Assembly (NCBI GenBank): GCA_963810095.1
Contig: CAWEMM010000006.1
Span: 64,001 to 128,000, forward strand
Length of the DNA: 64,000 bases
Direction: 5' to 3'
Source of the DNA: an uncultured Chloroflexia bacterium
Lineage (GTDB): Bacteria; Chloroflexota; Anaerolineae; CG2-30-64-16
Position 1 is the stretch's first letter. Every line of letters starts with the position of its first letter. Below are positions 51,314 to 63,787 of the stretch, one piece after another. A program made the translations under genes and the position numbers. The notes beneath the pieces were generated by a model. It did no database searches and was not told the origin of the DNA. It was given only the letters and a program-made list of their open reading frames with translations.

Positions 51314-52102
51314 CTAACCGCCTGCGAGCGTGACACGGCGAACCATGCGCGTCAGCATGAAACGACCCGCGAGGGTGAGCACAAGCAGCCACGCGGTCTG
51401 CTGGGCGGCGAAGGTCGCGAGCTGCCACCCGCTCATTTTGCCCAGGTAGACGTGGATGGGCGCCTGTGCGAGGCCGCGGAACGGCAGTGCGTTCGCGATG
51501 CCGGCAAGCCATGGAGGAAAGAAGTTCAGCGGCACGATGAAGCCGGAGAAGAACAGGATGAGCGTGTTCGTCAGGTAAAGCACGCCGCGCGCATCCGAGG
51601 TCCAGAATGCGAAGCTGTTGGTCATAAAGCGAAAGGCGAAGCTGACCAGCATCCCAAGGACGACCGCGCCGAAGAACTGCAGCCACTGCTGGAGGCTGGC
51701 GGGCCAGACGACCCGGAAGAGCAGCGCGCCGAGAGCGAAGGTGGGGAGGGCGCGAAAGAAGAAGTAATAGACGGCACGGCCGAGGTCGACTGCGGCCCAG
51801 TAGAGGTAGAAGTCGATAGGCCGGGCCAGGTCGACGGCGATGGTGCCCTTGACAATCGCTTCGGACAGCTCGCGGTTGCCAAATGCGGACATCACCATGA
51901 GGAGCGACTGGGCGACGACCGCGTACGTCACCGCATCTTCGACCGTAAAGCCGGCCACCTCGCCGCGCCCCAGGAACAGGGCACGGTATACCAACACATA
52001 GACCGCGCCAAACAACAGGTTGGTTGCGATTCCTGCAAGGTTTGCCGCACGGTAAGCCAGGTTCTTTTGAAACGACTTCACCGCCACGTGCCAATAGAGC
52101 AT
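51314..52102 (-). CDS. ABC-2 family permease (DUF990-like)
   Basis: LAYRAA, GTIAVDLARP, FSGFIVPL.FFP.W, C-terminal GG. Confidence 0.88.
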   Translation of the reverse strand: MLYWHVAVKSFQKNLAYRAANLAGIATNLLFGAVYVLVYRALFLGRGEVAGFTVEDAVTYAVVAQSLLMVMSAFGNRELSEAIVKGTIAVDLARPIDFYLYWAAVDLGRAVYYFFFRALPTFALGALLFRVVWPASLQQWLQFFGAVVLGMLVSFAFRFMTNSFAFWTSDARGVLYLTNTLILFFSGFIVPLNFFPPWLAGIANALPFRGLAQAPIHVYLGKMSGWQLATFAAQQTAWLLVLTLAGRFMLTRMVRRVTLAGG

Positions 52103-52280
52103 CGCGTCATCCCCTGAGTGCGTCACTAGCGGTGGCGGCCCCTTCGCCTGGTTGTGTCTTCCCGGCCCGACCATGAAAACGCGCTCCAGCGCCGCGCGAA
52201 GCCCTATTCTAGCCCACTCGCCCTGAATGGGTAAACCGGGCCCGCATTTGCGTGGGCGCGGCGCCGGATTTCGTGCGAGG

Positions 52281-52330
52281 GACGCGAAGACGCGAAGATA
52301 GACGAAGTCCACGTAGCGCGAAGTGCGCGA
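52281..52330. repeat. Degenerate solo left arm of the 8-nt-unit element
   Basis: GACGCGAAGACGCGAAGATAGACGAAG; no clear partner arm. Confidence 0.5.
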
Positions 52331-52385
52331 AAAGGCGCGCCGCGAGCTCCATCCTTATGCCCAACAAGGTCAGCGTCGCTGCGGC

Positions 52386-54226
<1,841 letters not shown>

Positions 54227-54359
54227 ACTAATGCTCCTATCCTGCGTGTATTCAGGCGTGTCAAAGGCAGAACTATGCAGTACATCGATCTTTTCCGCCT
54301 GTTTGCCCGAACAGTAGCAAGTATAGACGCGAACCGGGCTCGGATGATAGAATCAAACG

Positions 54360-55752
54360 GTGGAAGAATTTCCTGTCCCTGGCCCACAACCGCCGGCACA
54401 CAACCTCGCCCAGCGCGGCCTCCGCGCGCTCCTGGAGCTCGACCGGCCCTTCCCCGATCTGACTGAGGACGAGCTCGCCGCGCAGGTCGAGCGAGATTAC
54501 GCTTGGAACCTGACCGTCAACATCGCAGACGTGGCCTCGTTCCTCTTCGGCGCGGCGTTTATCACCTCCACGACGATTTTGCCGCTGTTTCTGAGCAAGC
54601 TGACGGACGCGCCGCTGGCGTTTGGCCTCCTTGCCGTGATCGCGCAGGCCGGGTGGTTCCTGCCGCAGCTGTTCACCGCCAATGCGATGGAGCGGCTGTC
54701 GCGCAAGAAGCCGGTGGTCGTGAACGCGGGCCTGTTCCTCGAGCGGCTGCCGATCCTGCTGCTGCCGCTGGTGGCGCTCATGGCGGCGCGCTCGCCCGGA
54801 GGCGCGGCCGTCGCCTTGCTGCTGGTCTACGCATGGCATGCGTTCGGTGCGGGCGTCATCGCAGTCTCGTGGCAGGACCTGATTGCGCGCATCTTTCCCG
54901 TAGAACGGCGAGGCCGCTATGCGGGCACGGCCGCCTTCCTCGGTGCGCTGTCGGGCCTCGCAGGCTCCATCTTCGCCACCTGGATCCTCAACCGATATGC
55001 CTTTCCGGTGAACTTTGCGCTCGTCTTCGGGCTGGGCGCGCTGGGCATCAGCGTCAGTTGGGTCTGCATCGCGCTCACGAAGGAGCCCGTCTCGCGGGCG
55101 ACCGGGCGCCCGGCGCAGCAACCGGCAGTATCTGAGCAGTCTGCCCGGGTTGGTGCGGCAGGATCACAACTATCGCCGCTTCCTCGGCGCGCGTATGCTG
55201 ATGGCGTTGGCCGGGATGGCGGGAGGCTTCATCACCGTGTCGGCCGTCGAGCGCTTCAGCGTGCCCGACCGGACCGCGGGCCTCTTCACCTTGGCCATGC
55301 TAGCGGGGCAGACGGTGGCGAACCTCGCCTTCGGGCTCGTCGCGGATCGCCGGGGACACAAGCTGCCGCTGGAGATCGGGGTGCTGGCGACCGCGCTGGC
55401 GTCTGCCATCGCTCTCTTCGCACCCTCCGCGGCGTGGTATTACGCGGTGTTTGCGCTCTACGGGGTGACCAATTCGTCGACGATCGTGTCTGGGGTGATG
55501 ATCGTGATGGAGTTCAGCGAGCCGGTCCGGCGGCCCACCTACGTAGGCGTCGCCAATACCTCGGTGGGCGTTGCCGCAGCGAGCGCGCCGCTGATCGGCG
55601 CGGCCTTGGCCGGCGTGAGCTACAGCCTGCTCTTTGCGGCGGCGACGGTGGTAGCGCTGGCGTCGCTCGCCTTGTTCCGCTTCCAGGTGCGCGAACCGCG
55701 CTGGGAGCCGAAAGCGAGCTTCATAGAGTCCCCTCCCGCAGCTGCTGAATGA
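54360..55752 (+). CDS. MFS transporter (frameshift near 55110)
   Basis: Two hydrophobic halves, P.ERRGR and G..ADRRGHK motifs. Confidence 0.85.
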
Positions 55753-56614
55753 AGGGCTCGTACGCAGTGAGGTCACTCCGGGTGCGGATGGCCGCGTAAT
55801 AGTCCTGGGCGATCTGGGCCTGCTGCTCCCGGTTGAAGCTGCGCAACCCTCTGCCCTGGCCCACTGCGGCCCGCAGTCCTTCGGGTCCGCCGTAGTCGTA
55901 GCCGGCCCCGTGCTGTCCCAACAGGGCCTCCGCAAAGTAGCGGCTGCCCGCACGCTCGTACTGGTACACGTGGATGATCTCGTGCACGACGATGTCGATA
56001 TTCTCACGCTGGTGACGCCCCTGTTCCGGAAGATTCAGCGTGTGGAACGTGGCAAACGCGCGCTGCCCGTTATGTGCAAACACCCATTTCAACACGCCCC
56101 CCTGCGCCACCCGAATGTCCTGGTAACGTACGGCCCGGGGGCCGAGCACGCTGGCCGCGGCCGCGATTTCGGCGCCAGACAGCGGGCTGGTCCGCGTCAG
56201 CATGCGCCAGGCGAATGCGAAGATCTCGGGCGCGCCAACCAGGTCCGCGGCCTCCAGGACGAATTGGATCGTACGAACGCCGCCGCGCCGCGCGCAGCCA
56301 ACCACGAACGGCCGGGCCTGCCCGCGGTCCGCGGCCGCGATGCTGACCGCCGACGGCGCGAACTTCAGCAGCGCCCACAACCCAATCCCCAGCGTCAGGA
56401 GAACCCGTCCCACGCGCGCCGGCAGATACCGGACCAAATTCGCCAGCCAGACCGCGGCATCGTTGATCCTGTCGCCCGCCCAGTCGGCCGTGGTCTCGAC
56501 GCCCCGCCCGGCGCGCCGAAAAGCCGAGCGCGAGGTGGGCCGCGCCGGCGCACCGCCGCCTGGCTCCAACACCGAAAAATCGGGCCGCTCAGGGCCGTTC
56601 ACCATGGCCGTCAC
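55721..56614 (-). CDS. HExxH protein (DUF4157/eCIS-core-like domain) with N-terminal hydrophobic segment
   Basis: PLSGAE, AFATFHT, VHEIIHVYQY, FNREQQAQIAQDYY; start uncertain (56614 or 56605). Confidence 0.65.
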   Translation of the reverse strand: MTAMVNGPERPDFSVLEPGGGAPARPTSRSAFRRAGRGVETTADWAGDRINDAAVWLANLVRYLPARVGRVLLTLGIGLWALLKFAPSAVSIAAADRGQARPFVVGCARRGGVRTIQFVLEAADLVGAPEIFAFAWRMLTRTSPLSGAEIAAAASVLGPRAVRYQDIRVAQGGVLKWVFAHNGQRAFATFHTLNLPEQGRHQRENIDIVVHEIIHVYQYERAGSRYFAEALLGQHGAGYDYGGPEGLRAAVGQGRGLRSFNREQQAQIAQDYYAAIRTRSDLTAYEPFIQQLREGTL

Positions 56615-56620
56615 TCCGAC

Positions 56621-56659
56621 AAAAAGAAAAGGGATGCGACATATTCTATCGCATCCCTT
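56621..56659 (-). terminator. Rho-independent terminator
   Basis: AAGGGATGCGA / TCGCATCCCTT stem followed by TTCTTTTT on the minus strand. Confidence 0.85.
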
Positions 56660-56700
56660 CCGGCGCCGAAAGCCGGCGCCATGCGCCGGATCTCAGCGAG

Positions 56701-59001
56701 TTACGGCCTGTTCACCTTGATCGCCGTGCCGTTGCTGTCAGTTTCCGGGTCGTGATTGGCCGACGACTGGTACGTGTAGCCCGTCTTCGTCAGGCCGCTG
56801 ACGGTAAACGTCACGCTCGCAACGGTCCGCTTGGCCAGGCTGCCCTTGGACACCGTGCACGTTCCGTTCGTGCCCGTCGTGCAGCTCGACGTGCCGATCG
56901 CGCCTGCACTCCACGATCCATTGACGACGACACCGCTCAGCGGGCTATGGCTGCTGTCGTGCACCGTGATCGTCACGTTCGCTTGCCAGCGGTTGGCCGC
57001 CTGGTTGGTCCCCGAGCCGTCAAGGTCGCCCACGTGCATCGTGGTGGCGGGCGTGCCGTTCGAGACGGTGACGTTGTGCACGTCCTGGCCGGTCTGGCTG
57101 GCCGTATCTGTCGCAACCGCCTTCACCGTGTGTGCGCCATTCGTAGCCGAGGTTGTGTTCCAGCTGGCTGCGTAGGGCGAGGTCGTATCGACGCCGATGC
57201 TGGCGCCGTCCACGAAGAATTCGACCTGGTTCACGCCCTTGTCGTCCGAGGCGTTCGCAGTCACGCTCACCGTGCCGGAGACCGTGGCGCCCTCAGCCGG
57301 GGCCGTGATCGAAACGCTCGGCGGGTTGTCGACGGGTGCGCTGCCGCACAGCGGGAGCTTGAAGCTGCCGATGCGGGTCTGCCAGCCGGCCGACGAGTTC
57401 GGGGTGGCATAGTATTCCTGCGTGTACCAGAACGTGCAGTCGTCCGTGGGGTCGACCGACATCTGGCTGTAGTCGCCCCAGCGGCCCGAGCTGTGCGTCT
57501 GGTAGCCCGTGCCCGCGACGATGGTGTTCTCGCCCTGGGTCATCTGGCCGAGCGGATCGGTGGGCTCGCGGCCGGTGAACTTCACCGACGGATAAACCGA
57601 CGTGCTCGAAGCGGTGTAGCCCAGCGCATACTCGCCCTGGCCGTTGATCGCAACGGAGCCCATCCAGCGATGCGTGGCATCAGGTGCGTAGGTGCCCTGC
57701 TGGTAAACCGCTCCACCCGCTGCCCGGATTGCGCAGTTCATACCAGCGCACGCCCGCATGATCGGTGCTGTCCACGTCGATGGTGTGGTTGAATGCCAGC
57801 GTCGAGTAGGAACCGAAATTGCGGTACTGCAGGCGATACATCGCCCGGTCCGCGATCGCGTCGACCTTGGTGCCGCCGGGCTGCGGGATGCAGTTCCGCG
57901 CGCCGCCGCACATGTTGCTGTCAAAAGCAGTGACGGGATACGCCCCGACCTTCGTGAACTTCGAGTTGGCCGTGGTGTTCCAATCGACCGCGAACTGCCA
58001 GAGCTGAATCTGGTCGGGCGAGTAGCCCCAGCGCGTCGTCGTCCACCTGCACGAAGTAGTTGGGCGTACCCAGCAGCCGGCGCGGGGCCGTCGAGGTCCG
58101 ACGGCAGCATGCCGCCCAGGTTGGCATCGGTGTTATACAGGTCGAAGTAGACCATACGGGCGGTTTGCCCGGCCAGCATCTTGCTGCGCTCGAAGACCAC
58201 GACGCCCGCACCGCCCCAGGTCAGCGTGCCCTGGTTGAACTGGTTGACGGTCATGTAATAACCATCGGGCCACACGCCGATTTTCGGGTAATCGTTCATC
58301 TTTGCGCTGGAGACCGTGAACTGGTAGCGATACCAGGCGCCGGTCGGGTCCGGGGTCTGCGAGATGGCGAAGCACTGGTAGAAAGGACCGCGCGGGTAGT
58401 TGGGCAGCGCGAACTGGCTCACCAACCAGCGGTCGGCCAGGTGATCGTACTGCACGATCGGGTCGCCGTCGTTCGACGTCTCGCAGACGCCGCCCATGCC
58501 TGCGAAGAGCGTGTTAATGTTCGCCGGGCCGTAGAGCAAGGCGCCGGTGCGGCTGTAGATCGCGAAGGAGAGGTTGACGGCCTGGACGTAATGGTTCGGG
58601 CCGATATCGCCGGTGGGATCGGGCGGGAGCACGCCGTTGCGGTTGTTGACGCCCTCAAAGCTGACCCCCGGATTGATGATGTTCGGGGGCAGGGGCGCAT
58701 TCTGCATGTTGGGATCGGGCGCTTCGGGCTGGGCCGGGTTGGTCCGGTTGGGCAGCCACTTGCGCGGGAGCTCGTACAGGTAGCTGTACTTCGAGTAGAG
58801 TGGGAAGGTGTCCTTCAGCGGGTTCGAGCCGACGTTCGGCTCGGCATAACCGACTTCGGGAACCGGGATCGAGGCCTGCGCCCGGTGAGTGGGTGCAGGA
58901 GACGACTGCGTGCCGGCAAACGCGTTGCCGGCGACGACGGCCATGACCACGAGGACCGCGAGCGCGATCCCGAGGTTGCGGCGGAGCAGGGGCGACTGCA
59001 T
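56701..59001 (-). CDS. Secreted protein with conserved core, bacterial Ig-like domain and C-terminal beta domain
   Basis: Signal peptide, PPDPTGDIGPNHYVQAVN, DYPK, RWGDYS, FWYTQEY, Ig motif VEFFVDG..PY...WNT; 57720-58070 is out of frame (compensating indels). Confidence 0.75.
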   Translation of the reverse strand: MQSPLLRRNLGIALAVLVVMAVVAGNAFAGTQSSPAPTHRAQASIPVPEVGYAEPNVGSNPLKDTFPLYSKYSYLYELPRKWLPNRTNPAQPEAPDPNMQNAPLPPNIINPGVSFEGVNNRNGVLPPDPTGDIGPNHYVQAVNLSFAIYSRTGALLYGPANINTLFAGMGGVCETSNDGDPIVQYDHLADRWLVSQFALPNYPRGPFYQCFAISQTPDPTGAWYRYQFTVSSAKMNDYPKIGVWPDGYYMTVNQFNQGTLTWGGAGVVVFERSKMLAGQTARMVYFDLYNTDANLGGMLPSDLDGPAPAAGYAQLLRAGGRRRAGATRPTRFSSGSSRSIGTPRPTRSSRRSGRIPSLLLTATCAAARGTASRSPAAPRSTRSRTGRCIACSTAISVPTRRWHSTTPSTWTAPIMRACAGMNCAIRAAGGAVYQQGTYAPDATHRWMGSVAINGQGEYALGYTASSTSVYPSVKFTGREPTDPLGQMTQGENTIVAGTGYQTHSSGRWGDYSQMSVDPTDDCTFWYTQEYYATPNSSAGWQTRIGSFKLPLCGSAPVDNPPSVSITAPAEGATVSGTVSVTANASDDKGVNQVEFFVDGASIGVDTTSPYAASWNTTSATNGAHTVKAVATDTASQTGQDVHNVTVSNGTPATTMHVGDLDGSGTNQAANRWQANVTITVHDSSHSPLSGVVVNGSWSAGAIGTSSCTTGTNGTCTVSKGSLAKRTVASVTFTVSGLTKTGYTYQSSANHDPETDSNGTAIKVNRP

Positions 59002-59246
59002 GGCGAGCTCCTATGGTGCGGTTGGCCCGAGGCGGGCCGGCGGGAAACAACTTATCGCGGAGCGGTCCGATTGGATCGCCGGGCGAATTATCTCCTGTTG
59101 CCGAAGCAGCTGTCAAATCATGGGAAGTTGGCGATTGTGCAAATCCGCGCACTTGCCAAGAGGCCCACAATTGTGATATCATTTATTTGACGATTTGGGA
59201 TAATGCGGTCCGGATCAGAACCCGGGGCTTGACAGAGGACGGTCAC

Positions 59247-61065
59247 ATGAACGGAACAGCCATACGCCTGCAAGCGACTGTCGAGAGCTCAGGACAGGTC
59301 GCCTTTGCCGCGCAGTTCACGGCACCCGACGAAGAAGCCGCGGCCGAGGCGTTCGTTGCCGAGCTCGCCACCGGCGACGGCGTATCGTATGCCCTCGGTC
59401 CGATCTCGCCCCCGACGGCCGTCACATGGCGTGAGCAGCGCTCGCTGCCGCTGACCGCGCACACGTACAAGGGCGCCGGCCCGTTCACGGCCGAGCTCCG
59501 CCTGGACGGGCTGGTCGCGGCCGCTGCGCTCGTCCGGCCCACACGGCGCACGGCGCGTGCCTCGTCCCGCGCAGCCCAGGACGAGGGCCCGGCCCTATTC
59601 GCAGTGGCGCCCGTGGCAGACGAGCCGGGTCAGCGCACGCTGCGGCTGCATGCGCGGGCGCTCCCCCCGGGACAACGACTGCGCGTCGATGGCGGCGCGG
59701 GCCAGGTGCGCGAACTGGCGGGCGAAGCCGGCCAGGAGATCGTGGCCGACATGCTGCTGAGTTACGCCAAGCCCGGTATGTACCTGGTGAGCGTCGAGTT
59801 GCTCGATGGCGACGGCTTCTGGCTTGAGACCCTGGCACAGACGCCGCTGGAAATCTCGGCGCCCGCCGAGTCCGGCACCGAGGAGGCGCAGCCCACGGTG
59901 GAGCCCCGTGCGGTGGACCTTGCCGCAGCAATCCCCGCCGAGCCGTGGCTCCCCTACCGCAACTTTAAGGCGCGGGCGGGCGGCACCCGCACGTACAGCC
60001 GGCCGGGTGGAGGCACGGTCCGGCGCTCCGTCGGCACGGGTGTCTGGCTCACCGCACGGCATCAGACGCAGGTAGGCGGGGCTACCTGGTACCAGACCGC
60101 GGGCGGCGACTGGGTCAAGGCGGACAGTGTGACCTTCTTCGACCCATCCGACCTGCACGGGGTGCGGCTCGATGCGAGCGCGCCGCCCCCGCCACCCCCA
60201 CCGCCGCCCCCTCCTGTTGGGCAGCGGAAAGGCGTCGTGACCGCGGACCGGCTCAACGTGCGCGCCCGGCCGGGAACCGCTGCGAACAATCCCCCGATCG
60301 ACGTTCTGCGCGCGGGAGCGCAAGTGACCATCTTCGAGGAACAGATGGGGGGTGGCGAAGTTTGGTATCGCATCGGGACCGGCCGCTGGGTCGTGGCTCA
60401 GTGGGTACGGGTGGCTGCCGTGCGAACAGACACAGACGCAGGAGTACGGATGGCCGGCGCGGCCGGGCTGCCTTTCGGCTGGGTCGTGCCCGAGGTGCTC
60501 GACGTGCGTGCCAGCCCCGGCGTGAACGCCGACAACCCGGTCATCGCTCAACTGAAGCATTACGATGTCCGGCCCGTGCTTGGGGAGACGACGGCGAGCG
60601 GCAGCAAGTGGCTGCAGGTGGGCCAGGGCCAGTGGGTCGAAGCGCGCCAGTTGGGCGTGGCCAGGCTGCGGCCGCGGCCGTCGAGCATCGGCAACAGACG
60701 CGCTGTGGGTGGCAGTCAACCTGTCGCAGCAGACGGCAGTGTGCTACGAGGGCGACCGGCCCGTGTTCGCAGCACTGATCGCGAGTGGGGTGGCCGGCAC
60801 GCCGACGGTCCAGGGCATCTTCCGAACCTGGCGGCGGCAGGAGACGGGCAAGATGTCGGGGCCGGGCTATTACATCGAAGACGTGACCTGGACGTGCTAC
60901 TTCTATGGCGGCTATGCGCTGCACACCGCGTACTGGCACGATAAGTTCGGCCGGCCGCGCAGCCACGGTTGTGTCAACCTGAGCCCGTACGACGCCTGGT
61001 GGGTCTACCAGTGGAGCGCGAAGGGCGGAGCGAACAGCCCCACCGTCTACGTCTATTGGGCCTGA
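59247..61065 (+). CDS. SH3-repeat L,D-transpeptidase, YkuD family (frameshift near 60695)
   Basis: LNVR..PG and WY.IG...WV SH3-like repeats; poly-Pro linker; LHTAYWH..FG.PRSHGCVN. Confidence 0.85.
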
Positions 61066-61142
61066 AAGCCTGCAGGTGATTTCGAACTCTTCGGAATCGA
61101 GAGCGGTAGCTTTCGCTCGACGTCCTCGATTCCCAGATCAAA

Positions 61143-61887
61143 CTAGCGGAGGATCACGGGCAGGAAGATGCGGGCCCAAGGCGTCGCGGTGGGCCGGGGG
61201 GTTGCCGTCGCCGTTGGCGTCGCAGTCGGCGTGCCGGAGGTTGGCGTGGGCGTGGGGGTGTTGGCCGCTGCGCACGCCAGCAGGCTCACGTCGTCGACAA
61301 AGAAACTGCTCGCGTTGTTAGCATCATTCTTAGAGTGGAAGCGCAGCTTTACGGTTTGCCCCGCGTACGCCGACAGGTCGGCGTGCGCCAGATTCCAGAC
61401 CCACGACTCCGCGCTGTCATTACTGTACTCGGCAAGCGTCGTGATCAGGACGTTGTCCACCCGCAGCAACTGGACGCGCATGACGTCGAAAGCGGCCCCG
61501 GGATTCTCCTCCGTGAAGACCGCCCACCAGTAGCTCAGGTTCAGGCTGCCGGCATCGGCAGGCAGGACCAGAGATTGCGAAATCCAGTCCTCTTCGTTGT
61601 TGTTCGCGCCCAACCACACGCCCTTGGCGCCGGTGTGTGGAAAAAACGGATCAATCAGCTCGTAGTTTTCGCTGCTGTATTCAACCCATCCATCGTGGCC
61701 GTTCTCAAACCCGCCATTGACCATCAATTCCCGGCAGCCCGCCTGGGCCTCGCTTTGTGCGGGAACGAGAGAAGACGAGGGAGAGCGCCAGGAGCAGCAG
61801 GCTCGTCGACGCAAGGCCGGCAAGGGCGGCCCGCCGCCCGCGATCCGCCGATCTGGCTTCGTGCGTGCGTTTCTCAAAAAGGGACAT
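61143..61887 (-). CDS. Secreted beta-sandwich protein with TP linker and C-terminal FLPVILR motif (frameshift near 61765)
   Basis: AGGAG RBS, ATG 61887 and signal peptide; NGGFE, DLSAYAGQTV.LRF, FVDDV. Confidence 0.75.
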
Positions 61888-61898
61888 GGGGTCTCCTT

Positions 61899-61927
61899 TT
61901 GACAGGATCGATCCGATCGCGTATAAT
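61899..61927 (+). promoter_or_regulatory. Consensus sigma70 promoter of rplU-rpmA-rpmE
   Basis: TTGACA-17 nt-TATAAT. Confidence 0.9.
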
Positions 61928-61948
61928 CGGAGTTCGGTGCGGCCTTAG

Positions 61949-62051
61949 CGGGCCGTGCCAACGCGTTTATTGGCCAGATTCACACGTACGGACCGCCAAG
62001 TCCAAGTCTTGCTAGTTCGCATCGTAAGATGCCCGTTGCAGGCGCGGCCCG
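61949..62051 (+). ncRNA. Candidate structured 5' leader of rplU
   Basis: Closing stem CGGGCCGTGCC / GGCGCGGCCCG enclosing GGAC/GTCC and GCATC-GTAA-GATGC hairpins. Confidence 0.45.
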
Positions 62052-62068
62052 TCAGGAGCAAGGGAAAC

Positions 62069-62386
62069 ATGTTTGCAGTTGTCGAAACCGGCGGAAAGCA
62101 GTACAAAGCCACGCCGGGAGGGTTCATCGAGGTCGAGAAGCTGCCGGGCGAGAAGGGCGAAAAGATCATCCTTGATCGTGTCCTCCTGGTTGCCAATGGC
62201 GAATCGGTGACAGTCGGCCAGCCTCTCGTCTCGGGTGCAACGGTTGTTACGACCGTAGCTCTGCAGGCACGACGCCGCAAGGTGCTGCACTTCCATTATG
62301 TACCAAAGAAGCGCCAGCGCGTCAAGACAGGACATCGTCAGCCGTTCACGCGGTTGCGCATCGAGGCGATCGAAGGCCTCGCGTAA
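62069..62386 (+). CDS. rplU: 50S ribosomal protein L21
   Basis: MFAVVETGGKQY...GHRQPFT. Confidence 0.97.
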   Translation: MFAVVETGGKQYKATPGGFIEVEKLPGEKGEKIILDRVLLVANGESVTVGQPLVSGATVVTTVALQARRRKVLHFHYVPKKRQRVKTGHRQPFTRLRIEAIEGLA

Positions 62387-62431
62387 TCACAGGCCTGGCG
62401 CGCCAGCATCTGGCGTAAGGAGATTTTTGAA

Positions 62432-62701
62432 ATGGCACACAAAAAAGGTGGCGGCTCAAGCCGCAATGGACGTGATAGCGTAGGTCAGCGCCTGGGCGTG
62501 AAGCGGTTTGGCGGCGAGCATGTCGTGTCGGGCAATATCATCATCCGGCAGCATGGCACCAAGTTCCATCCGGGCCTCAACACCGATCTGGGCAAGGATT
62601 ACACCCTTTTCGCTACGGCGGAAGGGCTGGTCAAGTTTGAAGAGAAGAACGGTCGCCAGGTGGTGAGCGTGTATCCTCTGGAGAACCAACCCGAGGCATA
62701 A
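62432..62701 (+). CDS. rpmA: 50S ribosomal protein L27 (short N-terminus, no prp gene upstream)
   Basis: [21 protein letters not shown]. Confidence 0.97.
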   Translation: MAHKKGGGSSRNGRDSVGQRLGVKRFGGEHVVSGNIIIRQHGTKFHPGLNTDLGKDYTLFATAEGLVKFEEKNGRQVVSVYPLENQPEA

Positions 62702-62703
62702 GC

Positions 62704-62997
62704 ATGAAAGCAAAGATCCATCCGAAGTACTATCCCGAGGCGCGCATCATCTGCGCTTGCGGCAACACCTATACCACGGGCTCGACGTCGCCCGAACTCA
62801 AGGTCGACATCTGCTCGCAGTGCCACCCGTTCTACACGGGTGAGCAGCGCATCGTCGACACCGCCGGCCAGGTCGACCGCTTCATGAAGCGCCTCGAGCG
62901 CACCGCCGACACCGTCGAGACGATCAAGACCCAGCAGGATGCGTACAAGCGCCAGGTCCAGCAGCAGCGGCTCGCCAAGCGCCGCGGCGACGCGTAG
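62704..62997 (+). CDS. rpmE: 50S ribosomal protein L31 (Zn-binding type)
   Basis: [19 protein letters not shown]. Confidence 0.97.
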   Translation: MKAKIHPKYYPEARIICACGNTYTTGSTSPELKVDICSQCHPFYTGEQRIVDTAGQVDRFMKRLERTADTVETIKTQQDAYKRQVQQQRLAKRRGDA

Positions 62998-63045
62998 TTG
63001 GATTACTTGATCGCAAAACGCAGATTGCCGATTGCGTAACGAACG

Positions 63046-63076
63046 AAAGCTGGATACACTCTGTATCCAGCTTTTT
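63046..63076 (+). terminator. Rho-independent terminator
   Basis: AAAGCTGGATACA-CTC-TGTATCCAGCTTTTT. Confidence 0.88.
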
Positions 63077-63095
63077 ATTTGCCAAGGATGACAAC

Positions 63096-63695
63096 ATGAC
63101 CCCTTATTTCCAACCTCGCGGCGGGTGGATCGAAATCATTTGCGGCAGCATGTTCAGCGGCAAAACCGAGGAACTGATCCGGCGGGTCCGGCGAGCCGAA
63201 ATTGCCAAACAGCGCGTGCAGGTGTTCAAGCCCAAGCTGGACGACCGCTACGACGCGATGCGGGTGGCATCGCACGACGGCGGCCAGTATCACGCGGAGG
63301 TGATCGAGAACCCGCAGGAAATCCTCGAGCGGCTGCGAACCGACACAACCGTGGTGGGCATTGACGAGGCGCAGTTCTTTGACTGGAAGGTGGCCGACGT
63401 GGCCCGGCTGCTTGCGGACCGGGGTCTGCGGGTCGTCATCACCGGGCTCGACGTGGACTTTCGTGGCGAGCCTTTCGGGCCGATGCCGCTGCTGATGGCG
63501 GAGGCAGAAATGGTGGACAAGCTGCACGCGATCTGCGTAGTGTGCGGCGCGGCCGCCAGCCGCACCCAGCGCCTCATCAACGGCCAGCCGGCGCGCTACA
63601 CCGACCCTGTCATCCTGGTGGGTGCGAGCGAGGTCTACGAAGCGCGCTGCCGCGAGCATCACGAGGTGCCCGGCCGGCCCGATGCGCTCGCGTAG
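63096..63695 (+). CDS. tdk: Thymidine kinase
   Basis: [35 protein letters not shown]. Confidence 0.96.
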   Translation: MTPYFQPRGGWIEIICGSMFSGKTEELIRRVRRAEIAKQRVQVFKPKLDDRYDAMRVASHDGGQYHAEVIENPQEILERLRTDTTVVGIDEAQFFDWKVADVARLLADRGLRVVITGLDVDFRGEPFGPMPLLMAEAEMVDKLHAICVVCGAAASRTQRLINGQPARYTDPVILVGASEVYEARCREHHEVPGRPDALA

Positions 63696-63707
63696 AACGG
63701 ATCTTCA

Positions 63708-63787
63708 TTAACACAAAGACACGAAGACACCAAGATAAGACAAGGAAGCCCTTCTTCTTCCGTTGTGTCTTGGTGGCTTTGTGTTAA
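63708..63787. repeat. 8-nt-unit palindromic element flanked by TTAA on both sides
   Basis: TTAA|CACAAAGACACGAAGACACCAAG...TTGTGTCTTGGTGGCTTTGTG|TTAA. Confidence 0.92.

Noticed and set aside
55721-56614. Contractile injection system or toxin locus
   Set aside because: Only a lone HExxH/DUF4157-like gene; no tube, sheath, spike or immunity genes nearby.
60181-60216. C-rich tract (G-rich on the minus strand) as a G-quadruplex or repeat
   Set aside because: It is explained by a poly-proline linker in the L,D-transpeptidase.
61100-61135. GGAATCGAG...CTCGATTCC inverted repeat as another element family
   Set aside because: Single copy between convergent genes; a simple terminator-like hairpin explains it.
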